64,000 nt of DNA from a virus. The number at the start of each line of letters is the position of its first letter. Position 1 is the stretch's first letter. The position numbers were made by a program, and so were the translations under genes. The notes beneath the pieces are model-generated. The model saw nothing but the letters and a program-made list of their open reading frames with translations. It ran no database searches and had not been told where the DNA came from. Below, in pieces: positions 36,621-46,839 of the stretch. The stretch spans positions 23,313 to 87,312 of IMG/VR virus record IMGVR_UViG_3300036668_000173, one strand, 5' to 3'.

Positions 36621-38921
36621 TTGAACATCAATATTACCAAGCGAGACGGTCGTCTAGAACCTTTCAATCTAGACAAAATTCATAAGGTGTTAGAGTGGGC
36701 GACCGAAGGGATTGCCAACGTTTCGATTTCGGAGATCGAACTAAAGGCTAACATCCAGTTGTTTGATAGCATTCCTGCATATGACATTCATGAGTTGTTG
36801 ATCAAATCTTCTGCAGAGTTAATCTCAGAACACACGCCGAACTACCAGTACGTAGCCTCGAGACTAGTCAACTACAAACTCCGAAAAGAGGTATACGGAA
36901 AATACGAACCCGACACATTACTAGACGTTGTTCGCGCAAACGTCAAGCGTGGCGTATATGATTCAGCCATCGTTAATAAGTTTAGTATGACCGAATGGAT
37001 TGCCCTAAATGGCATGATCAAACACGAACGTGACGATACCTTTACATATGTTGGTATGGAACAACTTCGTGGGAAATATTTGGTTCAGGATCGCTTGACC
37101 AAGACCCCATATGAAACGCCTCAAATTTTGTATGCCATGGTTGCTACGACTCTCTTTGCAGATTATCCAGTTGACACTAGGATGAAGTGGATTAAAGATT
37201 ACTATGATGCCATTTCACAATTCTATATCTCTTTACCTACACCTGTTATGGCTGGAGTTCGGACACCTACTAGACAATTCTCTTCGTGTGTGTTAATTGA
37301 GTCGGGAGATTCTCTAGACTCTATCAATTCTACTTCAACGTCAATTGTTCGATATGTATCAAAGAAGGCTGGTATCGGAATTGGTGTCGGTGCCATCCGA
37401 GCCTTGGGTTCACGCATTGGAGACGGGTCAGTTGTTCATACTGGTTTGGTTCCATTCTTAAAACATTTCCAATCTGCGGTGTCGAGTTGTTCACAGGGTG
37501 GCGTGAGAAATGGCGCCGCGACAATCTATATACCAATTTGGCACCTCGAGTTTGAAGACTTAGTTGTATTAAAAAACAACAAGGGAACCGAAGAGAATCG
37601 AGTTCGCCAAATGGACTATGCATTCCAATTTAACAAATTGATGTATGAACGTTTGTTGACGGGTGGAGACATCACACTATTTTCACCTAGTGATGTTCCT
37701 AATCTATTTGAGTCGTTTTATTCTGATCAGAATAAATTTAGACACTTGTATGAAAAATACGAAAATGATCCGAGCATACGAAAAAAGACTATGAGCGCCA
37801 TCGATGTGTTTAGTAAATTTTTAACCGAAAGAAAAGAGACGGGTCGAATCTACTTAATGAATGTCGATCACGCAAATGATCATGGTGCATTTATTCCTGA
37901 ACTTGCGCCTATTAGACAATCTAATTTGTGTACCGAAATTAATCTTCCCACCAAGCCATTGAATTCTGCAGACGATCCTGATGGTGAAATTGCCTTGTGT
38001 ACCCTTTCGGCTATCAATTGGGGTTTGATCAATCAGCCAACAGATTTTGAAAAATACTGTACTCTATCAGTTCGAGCCCTTGATGCGTTGTTAGATTACC
38101 AAGATTATCCAGTACTTGCGGCTAAGACCTCGACAATGAACCGAAGACCACTAGGGATTGGGATTATTAATCTAGCCTATTTCTTAGCCAAGCGCGGGTT
38201 GAAGTACGACAAAAATTCTTTAGAAACCATTAATAGTTTTGCCGAAGCATGGTCGTACTATTTAATCAAAGCCTCTGCAGACCTAGCAGAAGAGTTTGGA
38301 GCAATACCTCTAAATGGAGAAACCAAATACGGTTCAGGAATTTTACCCATTGATACATACAAAAAGGATGTGGACGGATTAATTCCCCATGTAGAAAATA
38401 TGCCATGGCAATCTCTAAGGGATCAATTGAAGAGAACAGGTATTAGAAATTCGACGCTAATGGCGCTTATGCCGGCCGAGACTTCTGCCCAATTGTCGAA
38501 CTCTACAAATGGCATAGAACCACCTAGGGCTCTGGTTTCGTATAAGCAATCTAAGGATGGTGTCATGCCTCAGGTTGTCCCGGGGTATCATCATTTGAAA
38601 AATAAATACGACTTGTTATGGGATCAAAAAACACCCGAAGGGTATTTACAAATTTGTGCAGTATTACAAAAGTACATTGATCAAGGAATTTCAGTCAACA
38701 CCTCATACAACCCAGAGCATTTCGAAGACTCAAAAATTCCTATGTCTCAGTTGATCAAAGATGTTGTCACCTTCTATAAATATGGTGGGAAGCAATTGTA
38801 CTATTCTAATACTCATGACGAGTCTGGAGAAATTAAGATTTATGGAAATAAACTCGATAAAGTAATATACGACGAAATAGGAAACAGTGGTGAAAATGAT
38901 TGTGACAGTTGCAAAATTTAA
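36621..38921 (+). CDS. nrdA: Ribonucleotide reductase class Ia alpha subunit
   Basis: ATP cone (TKRDG), QFSSCVL, QSNLCTEI and C-terminal CDSC. Confidence 0.97.
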   Translation: MNINITKRDGRLEPFNLDKIHKVLEWATEGIANVSISEIELKANIQLFDSIPAYDIHELLIKSSAELISEHTPNYQYVASRLVNYKLRKEVYGKYEPDTLLDVVRANVKRGVYDSAIVNKFSMTEWIALNGMIKHERDDTFTYVGMEQLRGKYLVQDRLTKTPYETPQILYAMVATTLFADYPVDTRMKWIKDYYDAISQFYISLPTPVMAGVRTPTRQFSSCVLIESGDSLDSINSTSTSIVRYVSKKAGIGIGVGAIRALGSRIGDGSVVHTGLVPFLKHFQSAVSSCSQGGVRNGAATIYIPIWHLEFEDLVVLKNNKGTEENRVRQMDYAFQFNKLMYERLLTGGDITLFSPSDVPNLFESFYSDQNKFRHLYEKYENDPSIRKKTMSAIDVFSKFLTERKETGRIYLMNVDHANDHGAFIPELAPIRQSNLCTEINLPTKPLNSADDPDGEIALCTLSAINWGLINQPTDFEKYCTLSVRALDALLDYQDYPVLAAKTSTMNRRPLGIGIINLAYFLAKRGLKYDKNSLETINSFAEAWSYYLIKASADLAEEFGAIPLNGETKYGSGILPIDTYKKDVDGLIPHVENMPWQSLRDQLKRTGIRNSTLMALMPAETSAQLSNSTNGIEPPRALVSYKQSKDGVMPQVVPGYHHLKNKYDLLWDQKTPEGYLQICAVLQKYIDQGISVNTSYNPEHFEDSKIPMSQLIKDVVTFYKYGGKQLYYSNTHDESGEIKIYGNKLDKVIYDEIGNSGENDCDSCKI

Positions 38922-38933
38922 GGGTTAAGAATA

Positions 38934-40061
38934 ATGTCTAGTTCAGTTTTTAAAAAGAAGAAAAAGAGTCATCTTGAATCGAAAATGTTTTTCGATGGCT
39001 CTGTCGACGTTGCTCGATATGATGTAGTCAAGTATCCGATATTTGACAAACTTACCGACAAGTCTTTGGGTTTCTTTTGGAGACCCGAAGAGGTTGATAT
39101 CACAAAAGACAAATCTGATTTTCATCGGATGACTCCACATGAACAACACATTTTTACTTCTAATTTAAAGAGACAAATTCTGTTGGATTCGGTTCAGGGA
39201 AGAGGGCCCACCGAAGCCCTACTTCCTGTTATATCAATTCCCGAATTAGAACCTTTGATCACGACATGGGCATTTATGGAAACGATACACTCGCGTTCCT
39301 ATACTCATATCATACGAAATCTTTATGCAGATCCTTCGGTTGTCTTTGATAATATGTTAGACGTCAAGGAGATTTTAGATTGTGCTAAGGACATTTCAAA
39401 ATACTATGACGACTTTATTTCTTACTCAAAATGGTATGATTTGCTTGGAGTCGGAACGCATACGGTCAACGGTGATACGGTGACAGTGTCGATGAAGGAG
39501 TTGAAGAAAAAGCTTTGGTTGATGATGAATTCTATAAATGTGTTAGAAGGCGTTAGGTTCTATATCTCTTTTGCGTGTTCATGGGCATATGCCGAACTAA
39601 AGAAAATGGAAGGCAACGCTAAAATTATTAAATTTATTGCTCGTGATGAAAATATTCACCTTGCAACAAGTCAAACTATACTCAAGACTTTGCCCAAGGA
39701 TGATGCAGATTACGAGAAAATACGAATCGAGTGTGAGCCTGAAGTACTAGAGATGTTTGTTAACGCAGTCGAGCAAGAAAAGCAATGGGCAGAATACCTA
39801 TTCAAAGACGGTTCGATGATTGGTTTAAATAAGAAATTATTGTCTGACTATATAGAATGGATTGCAACAAAACGAATGAAGTCTTTAGGCATCACGTCGC
39901 CTTATGTTGTTTCACAATCAAACCCTTTACCATGGACTGATAAATGGATTGGTGGTGGATCGGTTCAGGTGGCACCCCAAGAAACACAAATTTCTTCTTA
40001 TGTTTTGGGTGGCGTGAAACAAGACGTTTCTTCTGACACAATGAAAGGACTATCCCTATGA
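38934..40061 (+). CDS. nrdB: Ribonucleotide reductase class Ia beta subunit
   Basis: FFWRPEE, ETIHSRSY, LEGVRFY, RDENIH and VAPQE. Confidence 0.97.
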   Translation: MSSSVFKKKKKSHLESKMFFDGSVDVARYDVVKYPIFDKLTDKSLGFFWRPEEVDITKDKSDFHRMTPHEQHIFTSNLKRQILLDSVQGRGPTEALLPVISIPELEPLITTWAFMETIHSRSYTHIIRNLYADPSVVFDNMLDVKEILDCAKDISKYYDDFISYSKWYDLLGVGTHTVNGDTVTVSMKELKKKLWLMMNSINVLEGVRFYISFACSWAYAELKKMEGNAKIIKFIARDENIHLATSQTILKTLPKDDADYEKIRIECEPEVLEMFVNAVEQEKQWAEYLFKDGSMIGLNKKLLSDYIEWIATKRMKSLGITSPYVVSQSNPLPWTDKWIGGGSVQVAPQETQISSYVLGGVKQDVSSDTMKGLSL

Positions 40062-40336
40062 GCGTTACGGTTTATACGTTAGACAATTGTGGCTACTGCA
40101 AAGTCGCCAAAGAGTTATTAAAATTTAAAGATGTAGTGTATACCGAAGTACATGTACCACAAGATTTTTCGACAAGAGATTTTATGACTAAATTTCCTAA
40201 AATCAAAACCTTTCCCTTAATTATAGAAAATGAGGGAGAGGTTATTATCGGAGGATTTACGGATTTACAAGAGTGGTTACTTAAAAAAGAAAAAACAAAA
40301 ACTTTAACCGATGAAATAAAAGGACTAACCCTATGA
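40058..40336 (+). CDS. nrdC: Glutaredoxin
   Basis: CGYC, TFP and IGGF. Confidence 0.9.
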   Translation: MSVTVYTLDNCGYCKVAKELLKFKDVVYTEVHVPQDFSTRDFMTKFPKIKTFPLIIENEGEVIIGGFTDLQEWLLKKEKTKTLTDEIKGLTL

Positions 40337-40503
40337 TAGAATGTTTTGCATGTGGTACGAACTTTGAAATTAAATTCGAAGACGAAGACACAAAATTAAA
40401 TTATTGCCCCCACTGTGGTGAAGAGTCGGTTGACGAGATCATCATAGAAGATATTCAGGACATCGACGAATATTTTTATGAGGACGAAGACATTGATAAA
40501 TAA
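40333..40503 (+). CDS. Small Zn-ribbon protein with an acidic tail (56 aa)
   Basis: CFAC...YCPHCG; ATGA overlap with the glutaredoxin stop. Confidence 0.7.
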   Translation: MIECFACGTNFEIKFEDEDTKLNYCPHCGEESVDEIIIEDIQDIDEYFYEDEDIDK

Positions 40504-40529
40504 TTCCATGAAGATCAATATGGAGTTAT

Positions 40530-40961
40530 TTGGAAATGTGGCTATACGAAAATAAAGAATACAACCCTACCGAGCTAGACCCCAAAGTAGTGTATGGGTT
40601 TGTGTACTTGATTGAGAACACACAAACCCATAAAAAATACATAGGTAAGAAGTTCCTATTTTCTTCTAAGACAAAACAGGTCAAGGGAAAAAAGAAGCGG
40701 GTCAAGGTTGAATCGGATTGGAGAACCTATTACGGGTCTTCTGAATCTCTTTGTGAGGATGTAAAATTGTTTGGGGTCGAGAACTTTAAGAGAACAATAC
40801 TTCATCTTTGCGTTACCAAGGCCGAATGTGGTTACCTAGAAGCCAAAGAGCAATTTGATCGAAATGTATTATTGTCCGAAGACTATTACAACTCTTGGAT
40901 CATGGTCAGAGTTAGAAAGGCACACATTAAAAGATTACACATGCCCACAAATGAAGTATAA
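40530..40961 (+). CDS. GIY-YIG-family endonuclease
   Basis: GFVYLIEN...KKYIGKK and WRTYYGSS. Confidence 0.8.
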   Translation: MEMWLYENKEYNPTELDPKVVYGFVYLIENTQTHKKYIGKKFLFSSKTKQVKGKKKRVKVESDWRTYYGSSESLCEDVKLFGVENFKRTILHLCVTKAECGYLEAKEQFDRNVLLSEDYYNSWIMVRVRKAHIKRLHMPTNEV

Positions 40962-40991
40962 TAATATATTAATGAAAAGGTGAAATGAAAA

Positions 40992-41858
40992 ATGTTTATT
41001 ATTGATTATAGTGCCATATCGGTATCGGCTGTGTTAAGTCAAAAACTCGACGTCGACGAAAAGCTTATACGTCATGCGATCCTAAATTCTGTTAGATCGT
41101 ACCACAAGATGTTTCATCGTGAATATGGTGAATTGGTTATTGCATGCGATTCAAAGTCCGAGTCATGGAGACGTGAGCAATTCCCTGAGTACAAATACAA
41201 AAGACGTGAGAAGAAAAAAGAGTCTTCTACAATTGATTGGGGTGAATTGTATCGAATCACTACCCAAGTAAAAGAAGAGTTGCGGGAAACTTTTAAACAC
41301 TATAAAGTTATTCAAGTAGAAGGCGCCGAGGCGGATGACATTATCGGAACCCTAGTGTATGGTACTCAGGAATTTGGGCACCATGAACCTGTTATGATTG
41401 TTTCGGCTGATAAGGACTTCATTCAACTTCATCGGTTTAAAAACGTCAAGCAATATTCTACGAACACCAAAAAACTAGTCATAGAAAAGGATCCCGTAAG
41501 ATTTTTACAGGAACAAATCTTTAGAGGCGACTCAGGGGACGGAGTTCCGAGCATCCTTTCGCCCGATGATATTTTTGTAAAAGGTACTCGTCAATCCCCT
41601 ATTACTCAAAAAAAGATAGACTCATGGTTAGAGAACCGTCACGACCTAAAGAATCATTTGGGAGAAGAGATATATAAGAACTACTGCCGTAATGAGTCTA
41701 TGATTGACCTATCAAAAATTCCCGAAGTAGTAAAACAGAAAATTATAAATACGTATAGTAGTACACCTACACTTGAAGCGAATGCGAACCAGATACTAAC
41801 ATATCTTGTAAAAAATCGTTGTAAATTATTAACTGAATGTATTGGAGATTTTTACTAA
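40992..41858 (+). CDS. rnh: T4-type RNase H (5'-3' FEN-family exonuclease)
   Basis: WRR..FPEYK..R, EADDIIG, SADKDFIQL and GDSGDGVP. Confidence 0.93.
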   Translation: MFIIDYSAISVSAVLSQKLDVDEKLIRHAILNSVRSYHKMFHREYGELVIACDSKSESWRREQFPEYKYKRREKKKESSTIDWGELYRITTQVKEELRETFKHYKVIQVEGAEADDIIGTLVYGTQEFGHHEPVMIVSADKDFIQLHRFKNVKQYSTNTKKLVIEKDPVRFLQEQIFRGDSGDGVPSILSPDDIFVKGTRQSPITQKKIDSWLENRHDLKNHLGEEIYKNYCRNESMIDLSKIPEVVKQKIINTYSSTPTLEANANQILTYLVKNRCKLLTECIGDFY

Positions 41859-42301
41859 TGGCTATAAACAAAGTGAGCAGTTATAACATTGATGAAATTC
41901 TACATAAAGTAGAATCACAAAAAACAAAAGAAGACAAGGTCAAGGCGTTACGCGCCTACAATACTTTGGCTCTAAGAAATATCCTTAAGGGTGCCCTAGA
42001 CGACGAAATTGTTTTTACCCTACCCGAGGGAGAGCCCCCTTTTCGTAAAGCAAATCAGCATACCCCTTATTCAAATCTGAAAAAGCAGTCGATTAAGTTT
42101 AAGTATTTTGTTGTGGGTGGCGCTGGAGAGAAGCTTTCAAAGCTAAAGGTCGAGTCCATGTTTATCAAGGTACTTGAGGCCATACCACCCTCAGAGGCTC
42201 GGGTGGCGATCCTGATGAAGGACAAGCAGTTACATACAGAGTACCCTTCAATCACTAAGGAGATCGTCGTAGAGGCGTTCCCAGGGTTGATTGAGGGGTA
42301 G
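41858..42301 (+). CDS. Conserved T4-like hypothetical protein
   Basis: FTLPEGEPP, ESMFI..LE..PSEA and AFPGLI; TATAAATA upstream within rnh. Confidence 0.75.
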   Translation: MAINKVSSYNIDEILHKVESQKTKEDKVKALRAYNTLALRNILKGALDDEIVFTLPEGEPPFRKANQHTPYSNLKKQSIKFKYFVVGGAGEKLSKLKVESMFIKVLEAIPPSEARVAILMKDKQLHTEYPSITKEIVVEAFPGLIEG

Positions 42302-42394
42302 TCCCCACTAACAATAACAATAAGGCGTTGTCCAATCGTGTCAACCCAACGTAGTATGAGTATTATAATAATAACAGCCTCATACAATTATGAA

Positions 42395-42450
42395 CCCCTT
42401 ACCTACCTAGCCACTTCAAAAGAGTGGTTGGGCTTGTGAGGGGCTTTTTT
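42395..42450 (+). terminator. Long interrupted hairpin with a U6 tail
   Basis: CCCCTTAC/GTGAGGGG and CCTAGCCACT/AGTGGTTGGG stems followed by TTTTTT. Confidence 0.7.
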
Positions 42451-42538
42451 ATGCCCTAGGAGACCCCATAGAATAGCTTATATACCCATTATATGATGAT
42501 AGTCCTATCTCAAACTTACTAAATACGGAGCAACACAA

Positions 42539-42712
42539 ATGTATGGTTCAGACATAGAAAGACTCAAAAGAGACTCAAACGAAATTAGAAATCACGTTAA
42601 GAGAGTCGAAAAAAATGGAAATATGACCCTATCCTATAAGTTAAGACGAAAATATGAGTATCTAAATAGCTATATAGAAGAGTTGTCTAAAACCAACTTT
42701 TCTCAAAATTAA
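42539..42712 (+). CDS. Small helical hypothetical protein (57 aa)
   Basis: GGAG SD, ACTAAATA upstream, open frame MYGSDIERLKRD. Confidence 0.6.
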   Translation: MYGSDIERLKRDSNEIRNHVKRVEKNGNMTLSYKLRRKYEYLNSYIEELSKTNFSQN

Positions 42713-42723
42713 TCAAATATATG

Positions 42724-42789
42724 TTGACAGTCCTATACAAATACTATAAACTCTATCTACGGTGGCCGGGGGTAGAGTATAGGACTGTC
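42724..42789 (+). promoter_or_regulatory. Sigma70-type promoter (TTGACA-17-TAAACT) plus G-rich element; copy 2 of the 44-bp repeat
   Basis: TTGACA at 42724-42729 and TAAACT at 42747-42752; additional 13-bp inverted repeat 42726-42738/42777-42789. Confidence 0.72.
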
Positions 42790-42822
42790 CCCATTACATT
42801 ATAAAAACATTAGGGAATTGAA

Positions 42823-43665
42823 ATGAAAATAGCAATATGTAGTGACGTTCACTTAGAGTTTGGACAACTTGAATTGAAGAACACAGAGAATGCCGAGGTT
42901 CTGATTTTGTCGGGTGATATTTGTGTTGCATCAGACCTGATGTACAATGATATGGACTCGCCTTTAAGAAGCAGTAAGTCTAATACCTATCATGAATTCT
43001 TTCAGTCGGTCTGCTCAGAATTTCCTAAAGTTATTTATATCATGGGTAATCACGAGCACTATCACGGTGACTTTGCCTATTCGTGTGACATCTTAAGGGA
43101 TCGTCTAGATTATATAGAAAACTTACACATTCTTGACGAAGACACTTTACGGATCGGTGACGTTACGTTCATTGGTGGTACTCTATGGACAGACATGAAT
43201 GGGGAAGATTTTACTACAGCCTGTTATGTTGCTCGTATGATGAATGATTTTAGGGTTGTCAAAAATTCTAATAATTTGGTGACTACTCAATACTCTTCAG
43301 AATTAGTTTCATCTAGGTTTACCCCTAATGACGCAGTCATTTCACACAAGAGCATGTTAAAGTTAATTGATTCGACTATTAAGAAAAATCCTGAAAATAA
43401 GTTTGTGGTGGTAGGGCATCATGCGCCTAGTAAATTATCAACCCATCCTAGATACAAAGAAGATGTCGAAATGAATGGCGGTTATTCTTCGGATCTTGAT
43501 TTTTTTATCGAAGACCATCCCCAAATTTTATGTTGGACTCATGGTCATACTCATGAGCCCTTTGACTATTTCATAGGTTCTACTAGAATTGTTTGTAATC
43601 CACGTGGATATATAAATCATGAAGAGAGAGCAGATTTCTTCGAATTGAAGTTCATTGACGTATAA
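42823..43665 (+). CDS. Calcineurin-like metallophosphoesterase
   Basis: SDVHLE, LSGDI, GNHEHY, HHAPS, HGHTH and NPRGY. Confidence 0.9.
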   Translation: MKIAICSDVHLEFGQLELKNTENAEVLILSGDICVASDLMYNDMDSPLRSSKSNTYHEFFQSVCSEFPKVIYIMGNHEHYHGDFAYSCDILRDRLDYIENLHILDEDTLRIGDVTFIGGTLWTDMNGEDFTTACYVARMMNDFRVVKNSNNLVTTQYSSELVSSRFTPNDAVISHKSMLKLIDSTIKKNPENKFVVVGHHAPSKLSTHPRYKEDVEMNGGYSSDLDFFIEDHPQILCWTHGHTHEPFDYFIGSTRIVCNPRGYINHEERADFFELKFIDV

Positions 43666-43673
43666 GGAATACA

Positions 43674-43907
43674 ATGCCTACCTATAGATTTAAAGACACT
43701 AACACGAGCGAAGAATTTGATTTGTTTATGAGCATATCAAAAAGAGAACAATACGTGTTAGATAATCCTACGCATGAGGCGGTTATCACGAGTTCGATAC
43801 CCCTTGTCTATGACCCTGGCACGAACCTAAAAATCGACGACGGGTTCCGTGAGGTTCTTTCTCACATCAAACACCGCTACAAAATCAACTCCATCAAGTC
43901 ATACTGA
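43674..43907 (+). CDS. FmdB-like small protein lacking the Cys ligands
   Basis: MPTYRFKDTNT.EEF and GFREVL..IK. Confidence 0.65.
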   Translation: MPTYRFKDTNTSEEFDLFMSISKREQYVLDNPTHEAVITSSIPLVYDPGTNLKIDDGFREVLSHIKHRYKINSIKSY

Positions 43908-43913
43908 GGTCAG

Positions 43914-44636
43914 ATGAAAACGACACCCACATTCAAAGCCACCCCTAAGGTTAGCCCAAATAGTAAGGTCAGGCTCGAATCTCTATCAAAATTCGAACCC
44001 ATATCAGACAAACAAAGAGATGTGGTCAAAGAGTACAAGAAGGGAAACAACCTTGTTCTTTCGGGTTCGGCGGGGACAGGGAAAACATTTCTGGCAATTT
44101 CTATGGCGCTCGAAGATGTCCTAGACAAAAACACAAACTATGATAAATTGATCATCATTAGGTCTATTGTACCGACTCGAGACATTGGCTTTTTGCCTGG
44201 GGATGAAGAGGAGAAGAAAGAAGTCTACACCGCCCCCTATCGCGCAATCATCCGAGAAATCTGCTCTAATGATTCTGGCGCATGGGCAAAACTAATTTCT
44301 ACCGAAGAACTACAATTCATGTCAACTTCGTTCATTCGTGGTATTACTATTTCAAATGCGGTAATTGTAGTAGACGAAGCACAGAACTGTAATTCGCACG
44401 AGTTAGATTCTATCATTACTCGTATGGGTAGAAATTGTAAAATTATATTTTCGGGTGATTACTATCAATCCGACTTCACAAAGGAAAATGAGAAGAAAGG
44501 TGTGTTACAATTCTTTGAGATTCTAAAACAACTGAATCGATTTAGTTACATCGAATTCACTTGGCGAGACATCATTCGTTCTGACATAGTCCGAGACTAT
44601 ATTATGTCAAAAGAAATGATGAAAATTAACTTTTAA
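43914..44636 (+). CDS. phoH: PhoH-like ATPase
   Basis: GSAGTGKT, IGFLPG, FIRG, VDEAQN and GDYYQSD. Confidence 0.95.
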   Translation: MKTTPTFKATPKVSPNSKVRLESLSKFEPISDKQRDVVKEYKKGNNLVLSGSAGTGKTFLAISMALEDVLDKNTNYDKLIIIRSIVPTRDIGFLPGDEEEKKEVYTAPYRAIIREICSNDSGAWAKLISTEELQFMSTSFIRGITISNAVIVVDEAQNCNSHELDSIITRMGRNCKIIFSGDYYQSDFTKENEKKGVLQFFEILKQLNRFSYIEFTWRDIIRSDIVRDYIMSKEMMKINF

Positions 44637-45005
44637 CTTAACATAAAATATCATGGCAAAATTCAAACGATTCGACCCACAAAACAAAAAAGCGCGTCAA
44701 GACAAATACTTTGGTGCATCCAAGGAAAAGAAGTCAGACAAGCTAACACATCATGCAATGACTGAAATTAAACGTCGACAACAAGAGGTCAACGAAAGCC
44801 TCTTGACTTTTAATTGATGACAGAGGCAAGTCAAAAATATCTGTGTGATAGAAATTTAGAGGTGTGTTGCGAATCTGCATGCACCAAAGAACACATAGTA
44901 TCTTACATAAAATACTTAGAAGATGAGGTCAAAAGTCTCAGAGAACTTCTGGGAGATCGTAATTGATATAAATAGAATAAAGTATATTCTAAAGGAACTA
45001 ACAAG

Positions 45006-45896
45006 ATGTTATCATTTTCCGATTACCTAATGACCGAAGAGAAAATTCCTCTTCGAGAAGATTATTTGTCTGAGCAACACGACATACTCCTAGAGAAACT
45101 AATTACTCTAGGTGGAAAGGCATACCCGAAGTACGGTAACATCGTCATCATGGCGGGTGGCGCAGGGTCGGGTAAGGGGTTCGTTAAGAACAAATTACTA
45201 GGTATGGAAGGATACAGTTTTGACGTAGACGAATTGAAAAAGTTGGCGGTGGCAACCCCAATGATTCAACAAAAAATTGCCAAAGAGTTAGGCGTCGATA
45301 TTAAGGCTTTGGGCGCAAACATGAGAGACTCTAAAAATGTTGCAAAGCTACACGAAATCATCAACGACTACCTAAAGTTAGATGAAAAACGTTTGGCAAC
45401 ACTTTACACCTCTATCCTTACTGCACCCGAGGATCGTAAACCAAATATAATTTTTGATGTAACCCTTAAGAGTTTTTCTAAACTAATGTCGATCACTCGT
45501 CAGGTAAAGAACTTAGGATATGATAATAAAAACATTCATATCGTATGGGTAGTTAATGATGTCGAGGTTGCTATGTCTCAAAATAAAAATCGGGATCGTT
45601 TAGTGGCTACGGACATCTTTATTACCACACATGAGGGCGCAAGTCAAACAATGAACTATATTGTTAGTCTAGGTAAAAAACTGACCGAGTACATGGATGG
45701 TGATATTGTCTTTGCCTTCAACAAAGCAAAGGTCGATTCTACTATTGCCAAGTCAGATTCTGGTGGCATGTATGTCAAGGATGCAAATTTCTTTTATGTC
45801 AAAAAGTCTGGACAACAAGTCATGAGCCCGTCGAACATTTCAAAAGACCTAATCGCAAAAATTAAATCTTATGTACCCAAAACAAGAACTTGGTAA
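45006..45896 (+). CDS. P-loop kinase (zeta-toxin/AAA_33-like) with a capsid-targeting-like N-terminus
   Basis: MAGGAGSGKG, FDVD, IIFDVT and NKNRDR lid; MLSFSDYLMTEE; TATAAATA at 44967-44974. Confidence 0.7.
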   Translation: MLSFSDYLMTEEKIPLREDYLSEQHDILLEKLITLGGKAYPKYGNIVIMAGGAGSGKGFVKNKLLGMEGYSFDVDELKKLAVATPMIQQKIAKELGVDIKALGANMRDSKNVAKLHEIINDYLKLDEKRLATLYTSILTAPEDRKPNIIFDVTLKSFSKLMSITRQVKNLGYDNKNIHIVWVVNDVEVAMSQNKNRDRLVATDIFITTHEGASQTMNYIVSLGKKLTEYMDGDIVFAFNKAKVDSTIAKSDSGGMYVKDANFFYVKKSGQQVMSPSNISKDLIAKIKSYVPKTRTW

Positions 45897-45958
45897 TTTT
45901 TGTGCACAAACATTAAAAGTAGTGTATACTTAATAATTCTCTTTATGATGGAAATCAA

Positions 45959-46315
45959 ATGAAAAGCAACCAAAGACGTAATAAAGAAACCATGTTAGGG
46001 GTTTATGAGTACTTGAATTTTATTAAACAGAACTATGCTGATTGGGCTAAGAGTAGAAATGAGGATCCAGAGATCTATGAAAGTATGGTTAAGGACTTTA
46101 ATTCTTCTTTGGCTACGTATCGAGCACCTCAAGTAGTTAGAATTATTTCACGTGGCGCGGTTCACTCTATGGTCGTAATGAAAGAAGCTAGTAAGGTAAA
46201 GCGAGGTGATATTGTTGCTCCAATAAATTCAACAACACCACACATGGGATTCTCACACGGAAATGTGTTAATCAACAAATACAACTCTAATATTACGTGG
46301 GCAGGTCTACAATGA
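45959..46315 (+). CDS. Hypothetical protein
   Basis: ORF following an extended -10-like GTGTATACT. Confidence 0.6.
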   Translation: MKSNQRRNKETMLGVYEYLNFIKQNYADWAKSRNEDPEIYESMVKDFNSSLATYRAPQVVRIISRGAVHSMVVMKEASKVKRGDIVAPINSTTPHMGFSHGNVLINKYNSNITWAGLQ

Positions 46316-46830
46316 AAATAGATGTTAGCGATTATCGAGAATTAAGGGTTTCTACCTTTTCTCATAAATTTACAAGAGCTCCTAATTGGGTCTTTGTCGC
46401 ATCTCTAAAGATTGAGAGCGCATTAGATCATGTATACGGAACCTACTACTTTGTTATGGATTTTCTGGTTCCTAGACGTAAAGTCTCTGTTGTCGTAGAA
46501 GATCATGACGTATACAACACAACAGAAACCTTAGCGATTATTATTGTTCCTACTCTTATTAAGTCTCTCGAAAACTACGATAATTATCGTTCGGTTGATA
46601 ATGTAGATTTACCCGAGGAGTTACGCTCAAAGGGTCAACGTGTTACAGAATTTACATCAGATGGTTTAGAGAATCCTTTATTTAGAAAGCGTTGGGAATG
46701 GGTTATTTCTGAGATTACTTCGGCATTCTCTGCTTTCGATGATGACTCATTGAGTCGAGATAAACCAAATAGTCCTAGAGTTAAAAATGGTCTTCGATTA
46801 TTTTCAAAGTACTTTTCAAGAATGACCTAA
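46312..46830 (+). CDS. Hypothetical protein
   Basis: RWEWVISEI..AF and NGLRLF.KYF pattern seen in phage proteins. Confidence 0.6.
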   Translation: MKIDVSDYRELRVSTFSHKFTRAPNWVFVASLKIESALDHVYGTYYFVMDFLVPRRKVSVVVEDHDVYNTTETLAIIIVPTLIKSLENYDNYRSVDNVDLPEELRSKGQRVTEFTSDGLENPLFRKRWEWVISEITSAFSAFDDDSLSRDKPNSPRVKNGLRLFSKYFSRMT

Positions 46831-46839
46831 GGGGTTTGT

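Noticed and set aside
17696-40061. Introns or inteins in gp43, uvsX, gp41, thyX, nrdA or nrdB
   Set aside because: All are continuous ORFs of normal length with no visible insertion or splicing motifs.
42318-42345. Third antisense TTGACA promoter
   Set aside because: Only a weak -10 at 16-nt spacing and no match to the 44-bp element.
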